37,876 bases of DNA, from positions 1 to 37,876 of IMG/VR virus record IMGVR_UViG_3300048886_001340. One strand, given 5' to 3'. How positions within the stretch are numbered: position 1 is the stretch's first letter; each line of letters starts with the position of its first letter. The position numbers and the translations under genes were made by a program. This stretch comes from a virus. Its lineage: Duplodnaviria; Caudoviricetes. Of the stretch, positions 1 through 11,100 are shown piece after piece. Under the pieces are notes generated by a model. The model was given only the letters and a program-made list of their open reading frames with translations, was not told where the DNA came from and searched no databases.

Positions 1-21
1 GCAACAGGTGAAAATCTATAA
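1..21 (+). CDS. 3' end of upstream gene (probably baseplate wedge gp6), partial
   Basis: Frame 1 reads ATGENL* with TAA at 19-21 overlapping the next ATG (TAATG coupling). Identity is inferred only from T4-like gene order. Confidence 0.35.
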   Translation, partial: ATGENL

Positions 22-3000
22 TGTCAGCCGTCAAAGATAAAAAAGATGTATCCGTTATTTTAGAAACTCAATTACCAGAGTTTATAAACAACGAATATCC
101 AAAATTTAAAACGTTCATAGAGAAATACTATGAATTTATGGAATCCCATCAACTTTATTTTGGTTCTACATTTACCTTTGATGAGGATAAACTTACTGAT
201 GAAGATGGAAATATTCTTTCCTATGAAGATGATGTCCGCCTTCAATTAGAGTCACCTAAAGATACAGCAGGTAATGCAAACCTTATGTTTGATGTGGGGG
301 AAACCCTTACAGGAAATACAAGTGGTGCAACAGCTGTTGTTACTGGTACAAAAGGTAATACTGTTGCCTTTGTAAAGGCTAGTAGTGTATCAGACTTTGT
401 ATATGGTGAAAAACTTACGGGGAGTATTACAGGTTCATTTGCCACGTTATCAAATGGTGTCTCTGATGGAATCTTCCCACCCGGGTCAGTTGAATCCCAT
501 CGTGCAAAAGCCCCCGCCGCTGCAATAAGAGAATTATCCGAATCACAAGATATCGATACTACTTGTAATGGTCTTATTGATACTGCTTGGAAAAAAGAAT
601 TCTATACAAATATTCCAAAGACAACGGTTACAGATAGGCGACAACTTCTTAAAAGAATGAAGCAAGTCTATCGTGCAAAAGGAAATCAGGCGTCTTTTAA
701 TTGGTTGTTCCAATCATTATTTGAAAAAGAAGATATAGAATTTTATTACCCCAAACAAGATTTGTTAAAAACTTCTGATGGTATATGGGCACTTGATAAA
801 TCAATTAAAATTGTAACATCTACTGCAAATAATGTTTTATTGTTTACGGGTAGAAGAATTACAGGCGCTCTTTCTAAATGTACAGCAATAGTGGAAAAAC
901 AACTCACCTCTTTTGCTGGCGCCTTAGAAATTACAGAATTAACATTATCAGATGTTGTTCAAGGAGTTGTTGAGGGTGAATTATTATATTTTCAACCTAA
1001 TGAAATCATCACATCAGAAACAGATATTGATGGGTTATACGCTGAAGCAACTACATCAGGAATTTTACAAACTATTACTGTAGATGTTGGTGGAACTAAC
1101 TATGTGGTTGGTGATGAAATTCATGTTAATGGTGGTGGTGGTCAAGGAGCTCGCGCAAGGGTATCAGCTATTTTAGATTCTGTTGTTGAGGGTATTAATG
1201 TTATTGATGGTGGAGATGGATATGCAGTTGGAGATCAAGTTGAATTTATTAATGATGGTACTGGTGGTACTGGAGCTGCGGCACAAATTCAATCAATTAT
1301 TTCAACGGGTGCTATTTTAAAGAATACAGATGTTATCAACCAATTTCTAAACATACAATTAGCAGCAGGTGATTATTCATCTACAATGCTTGGACATACT
1401 ACATCTACTTCCTTATATGGAAACTCCTCGTTAGTATTTTCATGTTCAATTAAAGGAAGTTCTGCAAAGTATTATGATTCCACAGGAAACTATGACGCCG
1501 AAGATCATCTATTAGAAGGTGATAGAATTGCAAAGCAAATAACGTTAGATACTTCTGATCAACTAATTACCCAATCAGTAAAAACAGTTACACTTTCTAC
1601 ACCCCTTGATGATCAAGTACGAAGAGATATAGTTGGTGGAAAACTTACTTACAATGATGCATCAACTACTCTTGTTACAGGATATTCTAATAGTACAGTT
1701 CTAACAGTCAGAGATACAAAAACAATTGGATCACCTACAGCACTTACAAGTATTAAGTATGCAAGTAATACTTATTGGGGTACAATTATTAGTGCTAATA
1801 CAACCGCGTTCTTATATTCGGTTGGTTCGTATTATCGTGATAGCGATTTAGATGGATTAACTGTACAGAATTTTGCTAATGATGATGAGCTTATAGTATA
1901 CAATACTAAGTTTACTAAATTGGGAGCAGCACAAGCAGGTTCTGGAATAGATTCTCACTCAATGCATAGTGGAGTGACAATTCAAGCAGGTAATACTCCC
2001 GCCGCTGTAACAACTAGTACCTTTACTATGGTTGACGCTCACGGAGCGACTGCAGATATAGTATCTAATTGTGAAGGTGCACTCAACATGGATTCTGTTC
2101 ATATAGGATCTATTAATACATTTGTTCTTACTTCTGGTGGAGGTGGTTATGAAACTTCCCCTGCCGTTTCAGTAGCTAATAGCTATACACCAACTATGGG
2201 TAATGCATTGGATGTAGTGGGAGCTCCAAACATTTTACTTAATCTGAATTTACATTCATTTACTACAGGCACAATTAAACAAGATGGTAATGTAGTTACC
2301 TTAACTAGTGATGAGGTTTTTCCTGATGCGAATTCTGGAGTACTTAAAATTACTTATGCAAATGGTGCAACAGATCAAATAACAGAAGTTACTAATAGTA
2401 CTCAAGTTAGAGTGGCCACAGAAAAAGTTTTTGGATATGGTACAGGGGATTTTCCTGATGAAGAAACGTTTGAAGTTACATATATGGCCCTCGCTAATAA
2501 TTTTGGAAGGGCAACCAAAATTTATAATGATGATTATTCAGCAGAGGGGTGTGTTCTTGATTTCATAGATAAGGGCACAACTAGTACCGCTAATCCATAT
2601 ATTCTTAATGGTAATACAACTTTAAGAGTGGATATGACATCCGTCCAAGATTTTGGGGGTGTTACAGAGGCAATATTATTAGAATCGAAAAACTTTCATC
2701 AAGATCGTTATTCTCACGACAAATTATTATTAGAAGATTATGTTGCAACTGAAGGTCCTCATTCCGGTATTGGATCATCTAGCGGAGGTGGTGGATGTTT
2801 CTTGACAGAAGATTGTGTAACATTTATGACAATGGAAGACGCGGGAACGACAGCCACGTTTATTTGTAGTGAACAAGATGAGTCAAGATTTTACACAGAA
2901 GATACCACAAGTGATCGTCTTACTGCACATAAAAAAGACTTGTCTACGTATGCCACAGGAACTTATTCACAATCAGGTACCACAATTACAGGAGTGGGTA

Positions 3001-6000
3001 CTCAATTTCCAAATGATTGTGTTCGTGGAACTATTACTCATCATGACGACAGTACTACTACAATAACAGGATATACTAATGCCACATCAATTACAGTTGA
3101 AGATTCAAAGACAGTTGCAGCAGGTAATACTTATTCAATCAGTTATAATCAAGCCTTAACATGGGGAACAAACCGCACCATTACAATATCAGCCGGTGGT
3201 ACAGGAAATAGAACGGTTACTGTAACAGAGTCGGGTCATAATTTGAGGTCAGGAGATAAGGTTAAAATTTCTGGATCTACAACCGATATTTTTAATGGTA
3301 TATACTCAATTTATGTAATATCAGCAGATTCATATTCATATACTCTACCTGAAAATACTGCGACAACATCTCCAGCTGGTGAACTTAGAGCAATGCCCAT
3401 TGCTACTGCATACTTGACTCAATCTAATGCTGTTCATATGGACACATCTCCAAGAGGTAATAACGCTGTAATTGAAGTTACTGCCATTGCAATTGGTGCT
3501 ATTCAATCTGCTGAAGTTTATGACTTTGGTGCAGGATATTCTTCTATTCCATCTCTTTCAACTTCTTCTGGTGATAGAAATGCAGAACTTACCGCCGGAC
3601 TTGGTGCTTATGCAACATATCCTGGCTATTATACTTCTACGAAAGGTTTACTTAGTGGTGTACCGAAAATCCAAGATAACAAATATTATCAGAATTTTTC
3701 TTATGTTCTGAAAACTGATTTTGATGTAAATGATTATCGTAATTCAGTAAAAAGATTAGTTCACCCATCAGGGTTAATAATGTTTGGTGAGTTGGCTATA
3801 AGAAGTTCAGCTGATGTACGAATGTTTAATCAGGCGGAAAGAAACGTAGATTCTCAAAGAGATGATGACGCAAGAAAATACCATAATTTGGTTCTCTATA
3901 GTAATTCTGTAGCCGCAAATTCACAGTTGAGCAGTGTCGCTAGTAATAACAAGTTTTTCATTTTTACTAATCAGGCTCCTTGGCATGCAATGGATGCAAG
4001 GATAGAAATATCTGATGAAGTAAATATCCAATTAGAAAATTATGTAGAAGTTTCTTCTATAGCACGAACCAATTCTACAATGTATGTGGTAACAGAAACC
4101 TTACATGGATTACAAACTGGTGATACAATTAGAATGTTGGAAGATGAATCTGATCAAGGATTTGGTGGTAAAAATTATACAGTTACAACAGTACCCACTA
4201 CAAATACATACACCATTACTCCATCGCCAGATACCGGATCTGCTACTTCACAAAGTATGTACGATGGGAATCTCTACATTACATTAGAGGATCAAACTAC
4301 AGGAAATACAATTCTCTTAGAGGATGGGCGCGTAGGAGAAGCCGAGTCTTTATTGGGTGATTTGATGATGGAGCCAACAGACTATTTGAAGTCTACAGTA
4401 GTTGCTTACGCAGATGTTTTCAGAACACAAGCAACGAATTGGGATAATCCTTTTTCTGGAAATATTTTAAATGAGGATGGTTCAGATATTCAAATGGAAA
4501 AAGGTGGATCATTCCTTTATCCAACACTTCAATTTCCTGAAGCAGAGTCAGGAACTATATCTATCGATGTAAGTTTCAATAGTGATATTCTCCTTGAAGA
4601 TGATAATGGAGCGTATGGTTGGGGATATCTCCTACATGAAGAATCCGGAGGACAAGGTAATGGACCTCAAAGATATATTTCCTTAGAAGAAGATACAGAA
4701 GGACCAGATCATCAATATGAAAGTATACCAATTGTAGATACTCATATAATTAAAACTTGGCATAATTCTACAAGAAACCATTTAATTTCTGAAGATGGAC
4801 TTTCAACATTTACGATGGAAGATGAATCATTAATAACTTTAGATTCTCCCATTTCCGTTCTGGCACCAGAAAAAGAAATCTACGGATTTGTACATTACAA
4901 TTGTATTGTAGCAGAAGATGGTTCTCCCATAATAAACGAATCACTATCACCAAATGGAAGTAATAGTTATTTTACTATAGAAGATCTATACAATGTAAAT
5001 CAAGATAAACGGATTGAGGTTGAACTTGATCTCGTTGAATCTATTGGTTGGCATTTACGAGGAGAAGATGACTCTCATATATGGTATGAAGATGGTACAA
5101 GAGTCTTATCTGAAGAAGGTATTGTAAAGACTCCTTTAGTAGAAGTAGAGACAGAGCATTATGATTCTCTATATTATCACCTAAAGATGGAAGATGACTC
5201 CCACCTTTGGTTTGAAGATTCCACTTACGCAATTATAGAAGAGAGTGCAGTAAAGGGTGGTAATCATATTGAAGAGCTAGAATTGAATTTGGTAGATTAT
5301 GCCGGACAAAGCAAACATCTGTTGGCATTGGAAGAAGATGGTTATCGTGTTCTAAATGAAGATGGTACACGTTTCAAAAGTGAAAATGTAATAGCGGCGA
5401 ACAACTTCTATTCCGAGCATAAAATTGTTCAGTATGATACTCAAGGATATCATATAAGATGTGAGAATGATGATCACATTATTTGGGAACACGCAACAGA
5501 AGGTAGTGAATTTGATAATTCTATATCAAGAATGATATCTGAGGAAGATCATGTAAAATCTAGTACTCGCCAAATCACAATGGATTTAGGTGGAGAAATA
5601 TTAGCCTTTGAAGATAGTTCAGGATATTTTATTACTGAGGGGGCTACACCTAATAGAATAATGGTAACTCCACAAATACCAGGCGTAAAATCTGGACAAA
5701 GTAGTTACATGGCACCCAGTATACTGTCTGGTGGAATATCAATTGCAGCAAATTCAACAACCGCAGAAGGTATTGGAACTTTATTTACTACTCAACTTGC
5801 GGTTGGAGATGTTTTCCAAACTTCAGATGAAAATGTTATTCTAGAAGATAGTGAAGATACTTTAATATTTGAAACCTTAGAGGTTATAACACATGAGGAT
5901 GTAACAATTGCAGAAGTTCAAAATCATGTTATTCTAGGAATAGAAGCCTATATTATTAATACATTTAAGTGGTATATTGGTGCTGAAGATAATGCAAAAT

Positions 6001-6350
6001 CTGCTCATCCATATACCCCTAATGTACTGGGAAGTTATGTAATAAATAGAGAAGTACAGGAACAATACAACTTCCTTGATGAATCTTCTGATTATGGTAA
6101 ATATGTCCAATTTGAAGACGAAAGCGGAGTACTCCGTATGGAACTTTCAGAGTTTTCTACAGGAGTTGCGCTTCTTTTAGAGACAGGTGATAAGATGGTT
6201 CATACTGAAAAAGGAGAATTTAAAGTTGCCACCATTACAGATAATGATACCCTAACAGTAACACGAAAACATTGGGAAGGTACAGGTTATGTACCTTGCT
6301 GGAAACAAACAACGGAAGTGGAAACTACTGCCGTTGTTTCATACAAATAA
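21..6350 (+). CDS. gp7: Baseplate wedge initiator, T4 gp7-like, with large insertions and an acidic C-terminal extension
   Basis: N-terminal QLPEFI..EYPKF..F...YYEFME, then YRAKG..SF..LF..LF, and IQDNKYYQNFSYVLK...VKRLVHPSG motifs typical of gp7 in aquatic T4-like phages. Lies directly upstream of gp8. Confidence 0.8.
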   Translation: MSAVKDKKDVSVILETQLPEFINNEYPKFKTFIEKYYEFMESHQLYFGSTFTFDEDKLTDEDGNILSYEDDVRLQLESPKDTAGNANLMFDVGETLTGNTSGATAVVTGTKGNTVAFVKASSVSDFVYGEKLTGSITGSFATLSNGVSDGIFPPGSVESHRAKAPAAAIRELSESQDIDTTCNGLIDTAWKKEFYTNIPKTTVTDRRQLLKRMKQVYRAKGNQASFNWLFQSLFEKEDIEFYYPKQDLLKTSDGIWALDKSIKIVTSTANNVLLFTGRRITGALSKCTAIVEKQLTSFAGALEITELTLSDVVQGVVEGELLYFQPNEIITSETDIDGLYAEATTSGILQTITVDVGGTNYVVGDEIHVNGGGGQGARARVSAILDSVVEGINVIDGGDGYAVGDQVEFINDGTGGTGAAAQIQSIISTGAILKNTDVINQFLNIQLAAGDYSSTMLGHTTSTSLYGNSSLVFSCSIKGSSAKYYDSTGNYDAEDHLLEGDRIAKQITLDTSDQLITQSVKTVTLSTPLDDQVRRDIVGGKLTYNDASTTLVTGYSNSTVLTVRDTKTIGSPTALTSIKYASNTYWGTIISANTTAFLYSVGSYYRDSDLDGLTVQNFANDDELIVYNTKFTKLGAAQAGSGIDSHSMHSGVTIQAGNTPAAVTTSTFTMVDAHGATADIVSNCEGALNMDSVHIGSINTFVLTSGGGGYETSPAVSVANSYTPTMGNALDVVGAPNILLNLNLHSFTTGTIKQDGNVVTLTSDEVFPDANSGVLKITYANGATDQITEVTNSTQVRVATEKVFGYGTGDFPDEETFEVTYMALANNFGRATKIYNDDYSAEGCVLDFIDKGTTSTANPYILNGNTTLRVDMTSVQDFGGVTEAILLESKNFHQDRYSHDKLLLEDYVATEGPHSGIGSSSGGGGCFLTEDCVTFMTMEDAGTTATFICSEQDESRFYTEDTTSDRLTAHKKDLSTYATGTYSQSGTTITGVGTQFPNDCVRGTITHHDDSTTTITGYTNATSITVEDSKTVAAGNTYSISYNQALTWGTNRTITISAGGTGNRTVTVTESGHNLRSGDKVKISGSTTDIFNGIYSIYVISADSYSYTLPENTATTSPAGELRAMPIATAYLTQSNAVHMDTSPRGNNAVIEVTAIAIGAIQSAEVYDFGAGYSSIPSLSTSSGDRNAELTAGLGAYATYPGYYTSTKGLLSGVPKIQDNKYYQNFSYVLKTDFDVNDYRNSVKRLVHPSGLIMFGELAIRSSADVRMFNQAERNVDSQRDDDARKYHNLVLYSNSVAANSQLSSVASNNKFFIFTNQAPWHAMDARIEISDEVNIQLENYVEVSSIARTNSTMYVVTETLHGLQTGDTIRMLEDESDQGFGGKNYTVTTVPTTNTYTITPSPDTGSATSQSMYDGNLYITLEDQTTGNTILLEDGRVGEAESLLGDLMMEPTDYLKSTVVAYADVFRTQATNWDNPFSGNILNEDGSDIQMEKGGSFLYPTLQFPEAESGTISIDVSFNSDILLEDDNGAYGWGYLLHEESGGQGNGPQRYISLEEDTEGPDHQYESIPIVDTHIIKTWHNSTRNHLISEDGLSTFTMEDESLITLDSPISVLAPEKEIYGFVHYNCIVAEDGSPIINESLSPNGSNSYFTIEDLYNVNQDKRIEVELDLVESIGWHLRGEDDSHIWYEDGTRVLSEEGIVKTPLVEVETEHYDSLYYHLKMEDDSHLWFEDSTYAIIEESAVKGGNHIEELELNLVDYAGQSKHLLALEEDGYRVLNEDGTRFKSENVIAANNFYSEHKIVQYDTQGYHIRCENDDHIIWEHATEGSEFDNSISRMISEEDHVKSSTRQITMDLGGEILAFEDSSGYFITEGATPNRIMVTPQIPGVKSGQSSYMAPSILSGGISIAANSTTAEGIGTLFTTQLAVGDVFQTSDENVILEDSEDTLIFETLEVITHEDVTIAEVQNHVILGIEAYIINTFKWYIGAEDNAKSAHPYTPNVLGSYVINREVQEQYNFLDESSDYGKYVQFEDESGVLRMELSEFSTGVALLLETGDKMVHTEKGEFKVATITDNDTLTVTRKHWEGTGYVPCWKQTTEVETTAVVSYK

Positions 6351-6362
6351 TATTTTAAATCA

Positions 6363-6370
6363 TATAAATA
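6363..6370 (+). promoter_or_regulatory. T4-type late promoter TATAAATA
   Basis: Exact consensus in the intergenic gap upstream of gp8. Confidence 0.8.
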
Positions 6371-6453
6371 TAACAAGAAACTAAACTTTCTTATTAAAGA
6401 GTGATATTTACTTTTAACTATAATAAAATTGCAATTTTTGGAGGAAAAACAAA

Positions 6454-8103
6454 ATGCCTGCTATAGTAACTAACAAATTCAGGATCCATAATGCAAAGCA
6501 GTTTGTAGAGGCTTTCGATGAAGTCAGCACTACAAGTGGCGCCGCTATTACGGATGCTAGTGGGTTGCTTAATACTAATATGTACTTATTCATTGGTAAA
6601 GTAACTGCTTGGGCCGATGATACTGCACCGCCCACACCTACTGATTCCATTTCCAATACAGTCTACAATCACTGGAGAGATATGATTGCAGCTAAGAAGA
6701 TTGGATCAACGGATGTCAGTCACGTTGCACCACGTTATAATTGGACAACAGGATCAAATTACTTTGCATATACTCACGCAAATAATTCTCTGTTCGATCA
6801 ACAATATTACGTGATGACAGACGACTACAACGTATACAAATGTCTCGCCAACAACAACGCTGGTGGAACATCCACAACCAAACCTACTGGAACAGGAACA
6901 GCCATTATCACAACTGCTGATAGTCACAAATGGAAGTTCATGTATCAGATCTCAGCAGCAAGAGCACTTAAGTTTGTAACACCTAGTTACATTCCTACTC
7001 AAAGGGTGAGGAAAGCAAATCTTGCAATCGCAAATACTACTGATTCATCTTTTCAGTATGATGTTGAAATCGCAGCGAATACTTCAGGTAACGGAGCCAT
7101 TGAGGTGGTTCATGTTGGTACTGCAGGAAGCGCATACACATTCGAAACTGGAACAGTTCAATCTGGTCATACAGAAACTACAACTACTTGTAAAATTACA
7201 GGTACGGGTTTAGCAACTGATCAAATTGTTAACAACGATATTTACTTTACTTCCGATTCAGGAAGTGGAGTAACAGGAAAAGGTGGAACAATTACCGATT
7301 TCCAATCTGGTACTAAAGTGGTAACTTTTGCACCTGCATTAGCAAGTGCCAACGTTCCCGCAGATGGTGATGGTTATTCTATCGGTCCTAAAATCGTAAT
7401 TACTGGAGATGGACACGGCGCGAATGTTCGTGCCACTAATACCGCATCTGGTGTTATTGGTGATATCGTGGTTGTTGCCGGTGGTAACAATTATGGTAAT
7501 GCCGTAGCAACAGTTATTACAAATGCTGGTTCTTCAGGAGCAGTTACACCAATTATCGGCCCACGTGGTGGACATGGTGATGACGCGATTGAGGAATTAG
7601 GTGGATTTTTTGTAATGGTTAACAGTCGATTGGAATATGGAGAGTCTGGAAACTTTACTACAAACAATGACTTCCGTAAAATTGGATTGTTAGCACAACC
7701 ATTGTATGCCAATGGTGATGTAGCAACCGCTTCATCGGCTGACCAATGTGTAACTATAACTGTTCAATCTTGGAATAGTACAGCATTTGCTGAAGATGAA
7801 CTTGTAACGGGTTCACAATCGGCGGCTACTGGTAAAGTTGTTGACTTCAAGAATAACACAACTCTAAGATTAGTTGATGTTACTATGGGAGCAAACACTA
7901 CTACTGGATATGATTCCATCGCAGGATCATTTCAAACAAACGAAACAATTACTGGAGCAGGAGGAGCGTCAGCAAACACAAATGGTGTAGCTGGTGGTGA
8001 TTTTGAAAAGTTCTCTGGTGATGTTCTTTACATTGAGAACCGTTCACCAGTAACAAGAGCTGATGACCAAATAGAAGATGTTAAGTTAATTATTGAATTC
8101 TAA
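6454..8103 (+). CDS. gp8: Baseplate wedge subunit gp8
   Basis: MPAIVTNKFRI.NA start, YLFIGK..AW, PRYNW, YYVMTDDYNVYKCL, WKFMY, GGHG.DA..ELG, and C-terminal YIENRSP.TRA.DQ.ED.KLIIEF. Confidence 0.9.
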   Translation: MPAIVTNKFRIHNAKQFVEAFDEVSTTSGAAITDASGLLNTNMYLFIGKVTAWADDTAPPTPTDSISNTVYNHWRDMIAAKKIGSTDVSHVAPRYNWTTGSNYFAYTHANNSLFDQQYYVMTDDYNVYKCLANNNAGGTSTTKPTGTGTAIITTADSHKWKFMYQISAARALKFVTPSYIPTQRVRKANLAIANTTDSSFQYDVEIAANTSGNGAIEVVHVGTAGSAYTFETGTVQSGHTETTTTCKITGTGLATDQIVNNDIYFTSDSGSGVTGKGGTITDFQSGTKVVTFAPALASANVPADGDGYSIGPKIVITGDGHGANVRATNTASGVIGDIVVVAGGNNYGNAVATVITNAGSSGAVTPIIGPRGGHGDDAIEELGGFFVMVNSRLEYGESGNFTTNNDFRKIGLLAQPLYANGDVATASSADQCVTITVQSWNSTAFAEDELVTGSQSAATGKVVDFKNNTTLRLVDVTMGANTTTGYDSIAGSFQTNETITGAGGASANTNGVAGGDFEKFSGDVLYIENRSPVTRADDQIEDVKLIIEF

Positions 8104-8130
8104 TCATTTATATACTAGGGGATAGATTGA

Positions 8131-11100
8131 ATGCCACTTTCTACTAATTTCAATGTTACGCCGTACTATGATGATTATGACGAGAATTCGAATTATTATC
8201 GTATACTTTTTAGACCTGGGTATGCAGTTCAAGCAAGGGAAGTAACACAATTACAGACCATACTTCAAAAACAAATTGAGCGGTATGGTCAACACATGTT
8301 TAAGGATGGAAGTAAAGTTCTTGGTGGAGAAGTAACATTAGATACTGATGTTAAATCTCTAAAATTAGAAACCCAAGAATCTGGAGTTAATATTAACGCC
8401 GCTTCCTTCACCGGAACAACTATAATTGGCGCGACTTCCAATGCGCGAGCACGGATAGTAGCTTCGCAGGCAGCTACTTCAAGTACTCAACCTACGTTAA
8501 TGTTTCATTACTTGTCAGGTGACACATTCGATGACGGCGAAACAATTGCAGCAGGAGCAGTCCAAGCTACAGTTGTTAGTGCTGCAGGAGCTTCTGGTAT
8601 TACTGGTGCAACCGGTAATGGTTCAGTTGTTAGTGTCGATACAGGTGTATTTTATGTTGGTGGATTCTTTCTATTTACTCCCGCGAATACTATAATTTTA
8701 GATGCTTATTCTGAAGCTCCTTCTGGGAGAATTGGATTACAAATTACAGAATCAACTCAAACAAGTGATGATGATAATACGTTACTTGATCCCGCATCAG
8801 GTACTTATAACTATGCAGCGCCAGGAGCCGCAAGATATAAGATTGAGTTAGCATTAAAGAATAAAGCACTTTCCTCATCAGATCCCGTTTTTCAACTTGC
8901 AGATGAAAGCTTCATACAACTATTAAAAGTTATTAATGGTGTTAAGAAAGAAGAAGTCAAGTACCCCATGTATGGTGAACTTGAAAAAACTTTGGCAAGG
9001 AGAACACACGATGAATCTGGCGATTATACAATCACTCCATTTAATTTAGATCTAAAAGTTCATAGAGGAATTTCTGGTACAACGGTAGCATCGGGTGTTG
9101 ATGGCACTACAGTACATGGAAATAATACTCTATTCCTAACAGAATTGGATATTGGAGATGAAATATTTCTTGGATCTAATACTACAACTTCAACCATTAC
9201 TGCAATTGCAAATAATACAAGATTAACAGTACAAACAACTCTTCCCACAAATACAGGCGGAGCAGTAATTTACAACGAGTCTGAAATTAATGCAGGTTTG
9301 GATGTAGGTAAGGCTTATGTAAAGGGTTACGAATACGAGAGTATTGATACTCAATATCTTGATGTAGATAAAGGTAGGGATACTGAAACTGTTACTAGTT
9401 ATAGTATGACTTCAGAAATAGGAAACTATCTTGTGGTTGATACTGCCAGTAGTTTGTTTGATGTGGGTTCGTCTGAAGTGTGTCAAATGCACTCAGTACC
9501 TTTTGCCTCGATTAACTTAACCAATAATACTACATACTCGGCAACCGAAGTAGGAACTGCAAGAGTACGTAGTATGGACTGGGACACAAGTTCTGGAAAT
9601 ACTGACAATGCAGACACAAATCACTCTAATTACAGATTATATCTTTGGGATGTTAATACTTCAAATAATATCACAGGCACGGTTGGTGGAGCAAGTGCAA
9701 ATACCAGAATCGTTCAATTGGCTACTGCCACCACTTCTTATGTAAATGATGCTTATACTGGAGCAACTATTACAGTTAATACAACAAGTGGAATTGATGT
9801 TACTAGTGATGTAAGAGTTGTAGATGATTACTATTCTAATTCTTCTGGTCATTGGGTTGTAGCAAATTCAGTATTGACTCAAGCATCTATCGCTAATACT
9901 ACCTATGATATAGATTTTAAAATCAAAGATGTAGAATCTATAACCACAGCAACATTAGGCAATCCCCCTTCAATTAATACTCACGCCGACATTGCCGATG
10001 GTGGAAAATATAATAGTAGTGGTTCAGGTAATACAATCTTATCTAATACAGATAAGAATTCTCTTGTCTTTCCATTACCTCAAAGTCCAATTAAAGAAAC
10101 CGCAGGAACAGGTAATACAGTTAGTTACGCGTTTAAGAAAGTTGAGAAAGCACTTTCATCGGATGCATCCGGAAAATTATCAATTTCGTTATCTAATCCC
10201 AATTATCGATTTATGCCAAGTAGTGGAACGTTATCTACAACTAATGCAAAAGAAAATTTCATTGTAGTTGTTAAAACCCCTAATGTTGCTCAAACATTTG
10301 TTAATGCAGTTGCTTCTGGTACTACTCTTCCTAACAGCGGAGCAACAATAGCAAGAGTATTAACAACAGGAAATTATCTTGACTTAGGATCAGTCAATGA
10401 TGCAGGTGCAACGATTAGACCGGTTGAAATTAATGGTACAAGACAAACAGTAGACATATATTGTAACACCAGCGCGGTTTTTGTAGCAGATGTTATCTAT
10501 ACAGTAGAAAGTTCCTCAATTAAGAAAGAGCCTGGACCCAGAACAAAAACACTAGTTTCAGGAAATGGATCATCTATTGTTGCAACTACTGGAACACCCG
10601 CAGTACCCACAAACTCTACTGCATCTGGACAGTTCTATTTTGAAACTCCAAATCAAACACAAACCGGAACGGACACTATTCCTGTTTCAGACGCATTTAA
10701 TTTGGTTAAAGTTGTGGATTCAGGACAACCATTTATTCATGTCACACCGGCAATGATGACAGCAACTGCTAATAACATTACAGATAGATATACATTCGAA
10801 TCTGGACAAAGAGATAACTTTTATGATCATGCAACTATTAAGTTAAAAGCTGGCCAGCCAGGACCTGCAGGTAAAATTATGGTTGTTGTCGATTATTTTA
10901 ATTGGGATGGTGGCGAAGGTTATCACTCTGTAGATTCTTATCCAACAACAGGATCTTATAATAGAATAGATGCACCCAGTACAAAAACATTTAGTTATAG
11001 TGTAATTCCAGACTTTACTTCTCCAACAACAGGAGAAACAGTAAACCTAAGAGACTGTGTAGATTTTAGACCACGAAGAGAAAATGCCGATAATGATATG

